Shown here piece after piece: positions 45,024 to 53,282 of a stretch of DNA of 64,000 nt. Source of the DNA: Candidatus Woesearchaeota archaeon (GTDB lineage: Archaea > Nanobdellota > Nanobdellia > Woesearchaeales > ARS49). A program made the translations under genes and the position numbers. The DNA lies in NCBI GenBank assembly GCA_018302815.1, contig JAGVZE010000009.1:56149-120148 (forward strand). The letters are read 5' to 3'. Positions within the stretch are counted from its first letter, which is position 1; the number at the start of each line of letters is the position of its first letter. Below the pieces are notes generated by a model, which saw nothing but the letters and a program-made list of their open reading frames with translations, was not told the DNA's origin and made no database searches.

Positions 45024-45817
45024 TGGGAATCACCTGCTGGTTTCCTAATTATTGTTCCCGCAGGAAAACGGAAGCGAATATTTCGCACATGCTCAAAAGC
45101 CACATCATTCTGCCGTCCCGGAGAAACAACCGCGCACGCAATAGAACCCTGGACGGCAAGATCAAAATAATCCACCATAAACGGAAAAGATTCTCCAAAA
45201 TGCTGCACGCTCAACTCGTCATAAACATTAAAGAATTCTCTCCGAAGAGCGCGATCCTTAACTTGCATTGAATATACATAGTTATCCGGAAATGAGCCCA
45301 TGAACGCAACCTTCCCACCCAACTCCTCACGCGCATCCCCCCTTAACCTCGCACAAGAGCCAGCAAGAGATAGATGATTATAAACCAGCCCGCACAAAGC
45401 GTCCGACCCCGGCACCAATTCTGCTCTTTGAAAACAATCAGCAGTCAACCAATACGACCTGCTCCGGCCAAAAACAGAAACAACAGAATCACGAGCGGAC
45501 GAATTGTAACCCTCAACAACAGAACGCATCAATTCCTCTAAAGTCAACAACCGTGGAACAAGCTGCGAGCCATTGAAAATGTGCGGATGCACGCACTGCC
45601 CTGCAAGCTCGCTTTCAACACGCGCGATAAGAGCGGAAACATTCGGACCGCAATAATCATCAGAGCCCGTCTCAATCAAATCCAACTCCCAACCAGAACC
45701 AATAACCGGAACATCATTACCAACACGGACACACTCCCGCGCATAACGCTCGAAGTCCGCTTTAGCACGGCTTTCTTTCCACGCTCTTTCAAGCTCACGA
45801 AGACGCTCGTCGCTCAT
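45020..45817 (-). CDS. hypothetical protein, paralog family 1 (N-terminal MSDERLRELERAWKES)
   Basis: 265 aa. Shares the N-terminal leader with the 44298..45023 gene and with the plus-strand array at 48530-50654. Confidence 0.45.
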   Translation of the reverse strand: MSDERLRELERAWKESRAKADFERYARECVRVGNDVPVIGSGWELDLIETGSDDYCGPNVSALIARVESELAGQCVHPHIFNGSQLVPRLLTLEELMRSVVEGYNSSARDSVVSVFGRSRSYWLTADCFQRAELVPGSDALCGLVYNHLSLAGSCARLRGDAREELGGKVAFMGSFPDNYVYSMQVKDRALRREFFNVYDELSVQHFGESFPFMVDYFDLAVQGSIACAVVSPGRQNDVAFEHVRNIRFRFPAGTIIRKPAGDSQ

Positions 45818-46305
45818 CTGGCACCGCTGAAATCGTGAAGCACCACGACAGGCCTATCTCCTGCCTTGAGAAGGACCAGCTCATCATCTACATCGACTCC
45901 GAGCGTCTTTACCTCGCGGCACTTTTTGCCCCATGAATCACAGTACTCGGCAACGACAGGAATGTCTTGAACCTTCAGCTCTCGTTTGATAGCATTGAAA
46001 TGACTTTTCGCTCCACCTGTAACAACCGCCCTCACACTATCCAATGAAGACTTCCTGCCCAATCTTTCAAGAACCTGAGGAATGTATTCCTTTGGATGCA
46101 GATAGGACAAATCATAATGTGAAAGCGCGACAGCATCAGGCGCTATCAAAACCAGACCGTTGCAATCCAAATAACCAGAAGAATACAACGAACCTGACCT
46201 CACCGCCAGATGGTCAAGATACACCACACGATCACGCCTGAAATCGCCAAGCTCAGAAAGACGCGCATCCAAATCAGTCGTTACACTTTGCATCTCACTC
46301 ACCAC
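45814..46305 (-). CDS. hypothetical protein (operon member)
   Basis: 163 aa. 4-nt overlaps on both sides. Confidence 0.45.
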   Translation of the reverse strand: MVSEMQSVTTDLDARLSELGDFRRDRVVYLDHLAVRSGSLYSSGYLDCNGLVLIAPDAVALSHYDLSYLHPKEYIPQVLERLGRKSSLDSVRAVVTGGAKSHFNAIKRELKVQDIPVVAEYCDSWGKKCREVKTLGVDVDDELVLLKAGDRPVVVLHDFSGAR

Positions 46306-47213
46306 CCAAACATCCGCCCTAACCAGCTCTTCTTTTTTCCGGGTCCACCCCAGATAGTCGCAGCTTGCGCATCAGACATGACCTCGAATCGCGGCGCGTC
46401 ACGTACCCCGCGAGAGGCCCCGTCGCCGTAGACGCCGTACCTGCTGCCGAAGCCGCTGACGCTGAACCTGTAGTCGCCGCGGGCAACAGGCCACGCAACA
46501 CCATCTGACGGCAAGTATACGTGAACCTTTTTGTTGCCTTCACGCATTTCTGTTGGAAGCTGATCAAAACGTCGTCCACAGAGGAACTGGACGAAATAAG
46601 GTCTGAACTTGTCAAGTCCAACCCATTGACCAGATGTGATTCCATTAATATCAAAAGAACATTCTCCTGAATAACCGAAATTCTGTTTATCGTACTTAAT
46701 TCCAGTCCAAACCAGACCAACAGGATCAAGATAGCAAACGAGCAGTTCTCCTTTTCTTTCAAAAGCAAGACTCAACCACTCGCCATGGCCAGTACTCATA
46801 TCAGCGCTGACCTTCGACAACTCCCCGTTGAGTTTTCCTTCAAGACCATCAATAATCAAGCCAAACGCCTCCTGAGGCCTTGCGTGCCGCTCGAATCCCG
46901 CTGCGCGCAGACGTTCAAGACTTTCATCGAACGTCAGAATGTCTTTAGTTTGTTCATTTTGCGCTCGATACGCGCGCGACTCGAAATCGACCCGCTCGTA
47001 TGAACCAACACTCACCACACTCTCAATGCCATCATCCTTCAAATTCTTCAACGGTTTCTGCGCAGCACCTGTTAACCCCTCAAGATACTCGCTCTTACAC
47101 AACGCATGATAAGGAACACTCTTTATCAAACCAACGAGGTCATCATCAGTGATTTTCGTCCTGCAAAAACCGCACAAATCAAACCGCGTACCGCCGAATT
47201 GGATGTCAGACAT
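46299..47213 (-). CDS. hypothetical protein (operon member, starts MSDIQFGG)
   Basis: The start is taken at the internal Met (MSDIQ), 2 nt after the stop of the upstream gene. The listed ORF (46299..47282) would overlap that gene by 77 nt. About 304 aa, rich in Gly, Trp and Tyr in the C-terminal part. Confidence 0.45.
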   Translation of the reverse strand: MSDIQFGGTRFDLCGFCRTKITDDDLVGLIKSVPYHALCKSEYLEGLTGAAQKPLKNLKDDGIESVVSVGSYERVDFESRAYRAQNEQTKDILTFDESLERLRAAGFERHARPQEAFGLIIDGLEGKLNGELSKVSADMSTGHGEWLSLAFERKGELLVCYLDPVGLVWTGIKYDKQNFGYSGECSFDINGITSGQWVGLDKFRPYFVQFLCGRRFDQLPTEMREGNKKVHVYLPSDGVAWPVARGDYRFSVSGFGSRYGVYGDGASRGVRDAPRFEVMSDAQAATIWGGPGKKKSWLGRMFGW

Positions 47214-47748
47214 TTCTCTCACCCAACGCGTCATTTCGCTCTTTTGCCCACGCGCGATATTTGTTCGCCTCGTCAAAAGCACCTGAGAACTCCTGCTTGG
47301 ACTTTTCTAGCTGCGCATTCAAATCACGGCTTATGAAATACGCAAAAACGCACTGAACGTATGCGGCAGGAGGAATCGCCAAGCAAAGAAACTTATTCAC
47401 CATACGCTGCGAAAGTTCGGGTTTTGATGCATCCGCTCCTTTGGCTGCAGACTCAATCCCCCTGCATTCATCAAGCGCAGAATCAAGATACCCTTTTGCA
47501 ATATCATCCACTGCAGAACATTTCTCCACAGTTATCTCTTCAGAAAGCTTCCCTGCCCGCTCGCATAGTGAATCAAGCTCGCCACGGCACCCAGCCATCG
47601 AATTGCCAAGTAAAGCATCACTTACCAAAGAAACCACAAGACCACTCGCATGAAAACGCAAATCACCAAAATAATCCCACAACGCAAAAGTCAACGCACC
47701 GGCGAATACATTGCCCAACAGAACGTAATTCGACTGAAAATCGCTCAT
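47206..47748 (-). CDS. hypothetical protein (operon member, starts MSDFQ; hydrophobic N-terminal segment)
   Basis: 180 aa. 'YVLLGNVFAGALTFALW' may be a TM or amphipathic segment. 4-nt overlap with the nfi stop. Confidence 0.45.
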   Translation of the reverse strand: MSDFQSNYVLLGNVFAGALTFALWDYFGDLRFHASGLVVSLVSDALLGNSMAGCRGELDSLCERAGKLSEEITVEKCSAVDDIAKGYLDSALDECRGIESAAKGADASKPELSQRMVNKFLCLAIPPAAYVQCVFAYFISRDLNAQLEKSKQEFSGAFDEANKYRAWAKERNDALGERNV

Positions 47749-48416
47749 AGCTCCTCAACAATCTCTTCCTTTAGCTGCGGGTTTCTTCGCTCTTCTGCGG
47801 CTTTTTTCGCGAATCTGTGCGCTACGTGCAAAGGCTCAGGAAGCTTGTGCGGAGGAATCACCATCTTAAGAATTATTTTAGCTGCAACGTCCATTGGAAT
47901 TATGTTGCCGGTCGAGACGTAAAGCGCATTCGCGTGCTCTTTTGTCTTCACCGCTTTTCCAACCTTCTCGCCGTTCATAATTATGAAGCCGTCTTTCTCT
48001 TCGCATTCAATTAGGCTTTTGGCGATGCCGATAGTAGGCTTTGCGAGTTCGACGCCCACAAATGTCGCAGGACCGCAATTCATCGGATGAGCGATGCCGT
48101 GGCCATTGATGATGATGACATCAGGATCGTATTCCAGATCGTAATAAAGTTGGCAGATTATCGGACCTTCTCGAAATGCTGCGAAACCAGGAACATAATT
48201 CATCGGAGCTTTTGCAACGAGAAACTTGCGCTCCTTTACTTCCAAAGTTTTGTAATCAAGAACTGCGGCAGCGCATATGCACTCCTTGCCAAAGAAAATA
48301 GTCTCAAAGCCCGCGATGTATTTGATACCCTCTTCCTTGAACTCATCATCCACAACTACTTTGGATGCGACTTCAATCTGCGAATGCTTTAGATTGCCAA
48401 AATCAGGTTTTATCAT
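47745..48416 (-). CDS. nfi: endonuclease V (deoxyinosine 3' endonuclease)
   Basis: 'YVPGFAAFREGP', 'INGHGIAHP' and 'PTIGIAKS' match the endonuclease V catalytic motifs (DGxG.xHPR and PxIGVAK). Confidence 0.8.
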   Translation of the reverse strand: MIKPDFGNLKHSQIEVASKVVVDDEFKEEGIKYIAGFETIFFGKECICAAAVLDYKTLEVKERKFLVAKAPMNYVPGFAAFREGPIICQLYYDLEYDPDVIIINGHGIAHPMNCGPATFVGVELAKPTIGIAKSLIECEEKDGFIIMNGEKVGKAVKTKEHANALYVSTGNIIPMDVAAKIILKMVIPPHKLPEPLHVAHRFAKKAAEERRNPQLKEEIVEEL

Positions 48417-48529
48417 TGAGCCACCCTTTCTTTACGAAGGAATCTCAAAAAGCAGTATATAAAGCTTTCTATTTGTATTTACTGCCAAGTGGCGAAATGT
48501 TTAAATGCGGATGCGGAACTCTTCAAGAC
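48417..48529. promoter_or_regulatory. divergent promoter region between the nfi operon and the paralog array
   Basis: A 113-bp AT-rich spacer with 'tatataaag' (48459-48467) and 'tttaaatg' lies about 25-30 nt upstream of each divergent start. Confidence 0.35.
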
Positions 48530-49208
48530 ATGAGCGACGAACGATTCAGAGAGCATCAACGAGCGGTTGATTCAGGAGATATGAACGCGCTGCCAAGCCT
48601 CATAACAGAAGCAGTACGCACCAGCACGCCAATCTACAAATACGCAGGAAGAATACTCTACAATCTAAACGACAACGTTGTAAGACGCACCGCGAGTAAC
48701 GAGGGCAGACAAAGCTATCGCCTCACTCGAAGTTATCCTCATCAACAATCTCATCACACACGTTCCTAGAAGCGATCGTTACCACCTTGTTAAAGCAAGC
48801 TGCTTTTGGAGCGAAGTATTCAACAGCACATTCATCATACGAGGACTCCCCCTTCGACAAATAACAAACGGAGAACTACTTGGAACAGCCGACATAACTC
48901 CTTACTTTAGCAGAGCGAACGAAGATGCGCAAAAGCATCCGCAAGATAGAACAATACTTGTCTACAACAATAAAACAAACGCCACTCCCTGCCACTTTTT
49001 TGGACTCGAGCGCGATGCGGTCATAATTGATGAACTTCACAAAGATGGAAGAATCCACCCACTAATGATGACTGTTGGAAGAAGAACTCAACCTTTCTCA
49101 CTGACTGCATCACCCCGCCAAAATTACACGGCCATCGCCCTAACCACCAAACACGCCGAACACATACTCGGAAATCCGAACGTATTCGACTTTGAGGGAA
49201 TATTATGA
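48530..49208 (+). pseudogene. paralog family 2, copy A (frameshifted)
   Basis: The N-domain 'MSDERFREHQRAVDSGDMNALPSLITEAVRTSTPIYKYAGRILYNLNDNVVR' is in frame 1, which stops at 48769. The homologous body and the conserved C-terminus '...TKHAEHILGNPNVFDFEGIL' continue in the +1 frame to 49208. Confidence 0.5.
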
Positions 49209-49866
49209 GCGACGAGAAATTCAGAGAGTATCAACGAGCAGTTGATTCAGGAGACATTGAAGCGCTGCCAAGCCTCATAACAGAAGCAGTACGCACCAGC
49301 ACGCCAATCTACAAATACGCAGGAAGAATACTCTACAATCTAAACGACAACGTTGTAAGATCACAGACAAAGTCATTCCATCGCTTGAACTCAACCTAAT
49401 CAACAACGCAGTCGTACGCCCTCCGGGATACGAATACGTCCATGCAGTCAAAGCGAGTTGTTTTTGGAGCAGCGTATTCGACTGCCGTTTTCTAATCAGA
49501 GAAACACCTCTTCGCCAAATGGCAAATGGCGCTCGGATCGGCACATTCGATATCAGCCCATACGGCAACCGAGCGAGCGCTGATGCAAATAAACCTGCGC
49601 AGGAAAGAGCAGTTCTCGTGCACGGCAAAAAGACCCCAGACACACCCGGACTGTTCTTTGGCCTTGAACATAATGCACTAACAATCTCAGATGTTCGAAA
49701 AGACGGCACAGTCCATCCACTCACAATACATTTGGGAGAATCACGCCAGCACTACACCCTATATTCATCCAACAATCGAAATCAGACCGCAATCCCCCTC
49801 ACAACCAAACACGCCGAACACATACTCGGAAATCCGAATGTCTTTGATTTCGAGGCGATAAAATGA
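49205..49866 (+). pseudogene. paralog family 2, copy B (frameshifted)
   Basis: The N-domain is 98% identical to copy A. Its frame stops at 49399. The body, homologous to copies A and D, continues in the -1 frame (listed ORF 49519..49866) and ends '...TKHAEHILGNPNVFDFEAIK'. ATGA overlaps lie at both junctions. Confidence 0.5.
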
Positions 49867-50654
49867 GCGATGCGGAGTTCAGAAAATACGAACGCGCGGT
49901 GAACGAAGGAGATATCGATGCCATACCTCAATTAATCACTGCGGCGCTAAGAACAAACACGCCGATTCACAAGTATTTACCAACGATAAATGACAATCTA
50001 AACCAAAACGTAATCAGAACGCTCGAAGGAAGCGAACTTATGGATTTGAGAATGTATCGCGTGCATTCCATCCCTGAAGCCGCAGCGATACTCGAACGCT
50101 CAGGAAGAGTGTTGCCGTCGCTTGAAATTATCGCGCTCAATCACGAGATAACCGGATTTGCCGGAAAAGAAAACTCAGACATCCTCATGAAAGAGAGCAT
50201 CGTAAGATTCGACGTTCCATATTTTGTGAGAGCCTCGCACATTTTCAGATTGGCACACGAACAGGGAATACGGGGCACTCATGAAGAACTAATTGAGCGC
50301 ATGTCAACATATCAAGCTTTAACAGCCGCTCAAATAGAGAGAACACGATGCACAAGGTCCATCTCACAAATTCTCCAAACCGCAACCAGGCACGAACTAT
50401 CACAGCTATACGAACTATCACAATTATTCTTGATCGACCAATCGATGCGCGTCACCCTTGAAATAATTTATCCTTATCGCCAAGAAGCGCACACCAACCC
50501 ACACGAGCAACACATATTCGTTCGAAAAATTGCAGAACATATCGAATGCCAGTCCAACCCGTTCATCTTCAACGAGGCCCTCATGATCCCGACCGTCAGC
50601 CCAAAAGCTGAACACATTCTTGGCAATCCGAACGTGTTTGAGTTCCCTGAATAA
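49863..50654 (+). CDS. paralog family 2, copy C (intact, 263 aa)
   Basis: A single frame holds the N-domain 'MSDAEFRKYERAVNEGDIDAIPQLITAALRTNTPIHKY', a body homologous to copies A and B ('RVLPSLEIIALNHEIT' versus 'DKAIASLEVILINNLIT'), and the C-terminus 'KAEHILGNPNVFEFPE'. Confidence 0.5.
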   Translation: MSDAEFRKYERAVNEGDIDAIPQLITAALRTNTPIHKYLPTINDNLNQNVIRTLEGSELMDLRMYRVHSIPEAAAILERSGRVLPSLEIIALNHEITGFAGKENSDILMKESIVRFDVPYFVRASHIFRLAHEQGIRGTHEELIERMSTYQALTAAQIERTRCTRSISQILQTATRHELSQLYELSQLFLIDQSMRVTLEIIYPYRQEAHTNPHEQHIFVRKIAEHIECQSNPFIFNEALMIPTVSPKAEHILGNPNVFEFPE

Positions 50655-50719
50655 TCGGGTTGGATTCGGAACTCTTACGAGTTTTTCTTACGAACGCATA
50701 TTAAGGAACGCCAGCTTGA

Positions 50720-51127
50720 TTGGTCATGCGATATTATCTGGACACTTCAATTTGGCTCGACTATTATGAAAAAAGAGGAAAGAATGGAGAAGAGGCCGTA
50801 AAACTCATACTTAAAATAATGGAAAGACAGAGGGTTGTTTGTTTTTCTGATTATCACACCATAGAGTTAAAGCGTCTAAATTACAATCTTGAGCAAATAG
50901 CTGAAATGCTCAAAATTGTAAAACCTCACCTGCTCAGAAGAATACACCTGCAAAGACACCACTTTAGGACCTCACGACAACTTGCGTCTCAACGCTCAAT
51001 TCCTCCAGGAGACGCCCTGCATGCCTTGCTTGCTAAAGAAAATGACGCCACACTAATATCAAGAGACGCTGATTTTGAAAAACTCAAAGACCTCTGTGAA
51101 ACAAAGAAACCAGAGAATATTCACTGA
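50720..51127 (+). CDS. PIN-domain protein (VapC-like)
   Basis: 'YYLDTSIWLDYY' is the N-terminal PIN motif. '...DALHALLAKENDATLISRDADF' is the C-terminal PIN segment. Confidence 0.7.
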   Translation: MVMRYYLDTSIWLDYYEKRGKNGEEAVKLILKIMERQRVVCFSDYHTIELKRLNYNLEQIAEMLKIVKPHLLRRIHLQRHHFRTSRQLASQRSIPPGDALHALLAKENDATLISRDADFEKLKDLCETKKPENIH

Positions 51128-51375
51128 AATTGTTTTTCAAGCTCCTCAAACGCTTCCTCGCGCGCCTTATGCAGCTCCTCATCGGTCGTCTTCCTGTTCG
51201 ACGCGCCGTACATCTTGTACACTCTTTGGCGCGCCTCTTCAAGCTCGAGCTGTTTTAACTTATCGCGCATCGCCTCGCGGATGAATTCAGTCTTTGTAGT
51301 ATAGTGATGCTTCTTGATTGCCTTCTCAACGCTATGCGCGAACTCCTGCTCTAATTTCAAACTAACAGTTTCCAT
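51121..51375 (-). CDS. ribbon-helix-helix (CopG-like) protein, convergent with the PIN gene
   Basis: 'METVSLKLEQEFAHSVEKAIKKHHYTTKTEFIREAMRDKL' follows the RHH pattern. Its 3' end overlaps the PIN gene's 3' end by 7 nt on the opposite strand. Confidence 0.55.
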   Translation of the reverse strand: METVSLKLEQEFAHSVEKAIKKHHYTTKTEFIREAMRDKLKQLELEEARQRVYKMYGASNRKTTDEELHKAREEAFEELEKQFQ

Positions 51376-51520
51376 CGTATTATTTTGTAATACTAAGTAA
51401 TATTTAAGCTTTACGCCACCAGTACTTAAGTGTCATATTTGACATAAATATGCTAAATAACCCACATTTAGCACCATTTTGGCACAAAATATATAAGTAT
51501 CAAGACACTATATCCTAGGT

Positions 51521-52003
51521 ATGAACGCCTGCATGGAAGACATCCTGAAGGAAGAATTCACCAAAGAATTCGGCGAAGAAGAACTTGACAGCCAAGCGTA
51601 CAAGCTCCTCACCCAATCACTTGAAACACCTGAAGACTGCACAATATCAAGCGACTATATGGACAACACGGGACGCGATGTCGTTTCAGGAAACACCGCA
51701 GAGTTATGCGCACATCGAGCGCTCCACGAATACCTCGACCACCCTGAAACCAACCGACACGTCGTAATGGAAGACTTAAGATTCTACCTGAAAAAAGCAG
51801 GCCAAGCGCAAATCTCGAGCAGATTAACAGAAATACTCAACACGGCATACCACTGCGGAATTAGAAAAAGAAAGACAGAATTCGATACGGTCCTAGAAAC
51901 ACACGACCGCGAAAAAATAAAACAAGAATGCGCAAGACTATACGCGATAGGACCTGAAGAAGTACGAGAATACATCCTAGATCGGATGCTTCCTACTGCT
52001 TAA
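51521..52003 (+). CDS. hypothetical protein
   Basis: 160-aa ORF. No motif recognised. Confidence 0.35.
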   Translation: MNACMEDILKEEFTKEFGEEELDSQAYKLLTQSLETPEDCTISSDYMDNTGRDVVSGNTAELCAHRALHEYLDHPETNRHVVMEDLRFYLKKAGQAQISSRLTEILNTAYHCGIRKRKTEFDTVLETHDREKIKQECARLYAIGPEEVREYILDRMLPTA

Positions 52004-52126
52004 GAAGCTTCTTTGCCTTGACTTCAATTGATTGCTCTCTAAGCGCTATCAACTCATCTAAATGCTGAAGCGGAAGCTCCTTTGACTCCAGATACTTTTC
52101 CGCTATCTTGAACTTTGGTTTCAAAC

Positions 52127-52666
52127 TCATATTTTCGACCTCACCGCTTTATCAGAAATAATCGCGCTATTGCCTGTCGGGTCCTCGATAGACATCTTAA
52201 GCTTCTCAGAACCCCACAAGACATTCTGTAACTTCTTAAGCATGTTCTTCGCTTTCTTCCTGTCTTCCTCTTCTTCAGCACTATCACGCAAAAGTTCAAT
52301 CTGCTTCTTGAACTTCAAAATAACGCCCTCTATATTTGAAACAAAACCTTCAGCGTTCACTCCCGGCTCCATAGAACCCACGTGAGGAATCTTGATAATG
52401 CCCTCGGAACTTCTAACGACGCGCACAGACAAATCATCCTTGCCGTCAACCTCGAATGTGAACTTGCACGGCTCTTTTTGCTCAGCAGCCTCGACATCCG
52501 CCTTATGATAATGACAATTCGAACAATGCATGCTGAAAACGAAAATCTTGCCAAAAAACGGAATCTCGCTTTGAGCCTCAGCCAAAGTCAAATTCTTAGT
52601 GTTGCACATAGGACAAGGCTGTCCTGCGAGCGATTCTGACCCCAAATCCTTAACATCATTTGCCAT
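52127..52666 (-). CDS. ZPR1-type zinc-finger protein
   Basis: 'CPMCNTK...EIPFFGKIFVFSMHCSNCHY' matches the ZPR1 zinc-finger (CxxC-x25-CxxC) and the following beta-rich module. Confidence 0.55.
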   Translation of the reverse strand: MANDVKDLGSESLAGQPCPMCNTKNLTLAEAQSEIPFFGKIFVFSMHCSNCHYHKADVEAAEQKEPCKFTFEVDGKDDLSVRVVRSSEGIIKIPHVGSMEPGVNAEGFVSNIEGVILKFKKQIELLRDSAEEEEDRKKAKNMLKKLQNVLWGSEKLKMSIEDPTGNSAIISDKAVRSKI

Positions 52667-52733
52667 ACCCCAAAAAAGGATAAAAAGTTTTAAAAAGCTT
52701 GTGTAGGAAGATTAAAAAAGGGAGAATAAACCA

Positions 52734-52982
52734 TCAATCATAGATATTCTTGCGGTGGCCGACCTCAATCACCAAAATCAAAAGGCGTTGATGTTCAAGA
52801 TCCGCGATAACGCGATAATCTCCCACGCGCAAACGATATGTCTCTTTGCCAACAAGCCTTCTAAGAAAAGCTTGCGGACGCACCCTTATCCTCTCAAGCG
52901 CAGCACTTATCCGCAACTGAACAGAACGTTCAAGCTTCTCAAACTGCTTTAACGCAGAATCAGAAAACACCATAGAATACAT
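52734..52982 (-). CDS. relE: RelE/ParE-family toxin
   Basis: 'SDSALKQFEKLERSVQLRISAALERI...YRLRVGDYRVIADLEHQRLLILVIEVGHRKNIY' is a canonical RelE/StbE sequence. Confidence 0.75.
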   Translation of the reverse strand: MYSMVFSDSALKQFEKLERSVQLRISAALERIRVRPQAFLRRLVGKETYRLRVGDYRVIADLEHQRLLILVIEVGHRKNIYD

Positions 52983-53200
52983 CAGAGCTTGAGCCTCTTC
53001 TTTACCTGCTCAAAAGTGTGAACCTTGCCCAGCTTTATCTCCTCACGTGACTTCTCCATCGATCTTTTTGTCTCCTCGCTCAACTCCTGCGTATCCTCAA
53101 TCAAATCCCAAATCACATCCTCAAAGCTCTCATTCGAGAAAAGCTTACGCTTCTCGAGCTTTTTATGCAGTTCCTCGGATATCTGTATCGTCGTTGCCAT
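52982..53200 (-). CDS. putative antitoxin of the RelE pair
   Basis: 72-aa acidic protein directly upstream. Its stop overlaps the toxin start by 1 nt. Confidence 0.5.
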   Translation of the reverse strand: MATTIQISEELHKKLEKRKLFSNESFEDVIWDLIEDTQELSEETKRSMEKSREEIKLGKVHTFEQVKKRLKL

Positions 53201-53282
53201 AGCATACTATAGACTGCCATAGTATTTAAACCTTTTCTCCAGTCCAACAATCTTTATAACAAAACAACCGCGCCGCTAACGA

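Noticed and set aside
46299-47282. Listed 327-aa ORF start at 47282
   Set aside because: That start would overlap the upstream gene by 77 nt. The internal Met (MSDIQ, 47213), 2 nt after the upstream stop, fits the operon's coupling pattern, so the shorter start is used.
51989-52126. 45-aa minus-strand ORF (MSLKPKFKIAEKYLESKELPLQHLDELIALREQSIEVKAKKLLKQ) directly after the ZPR1-like gene
   Set aside because: It is a plausible small helical protein, but it has no motif and falls below the ORF cutoff, so it is left unannotated.
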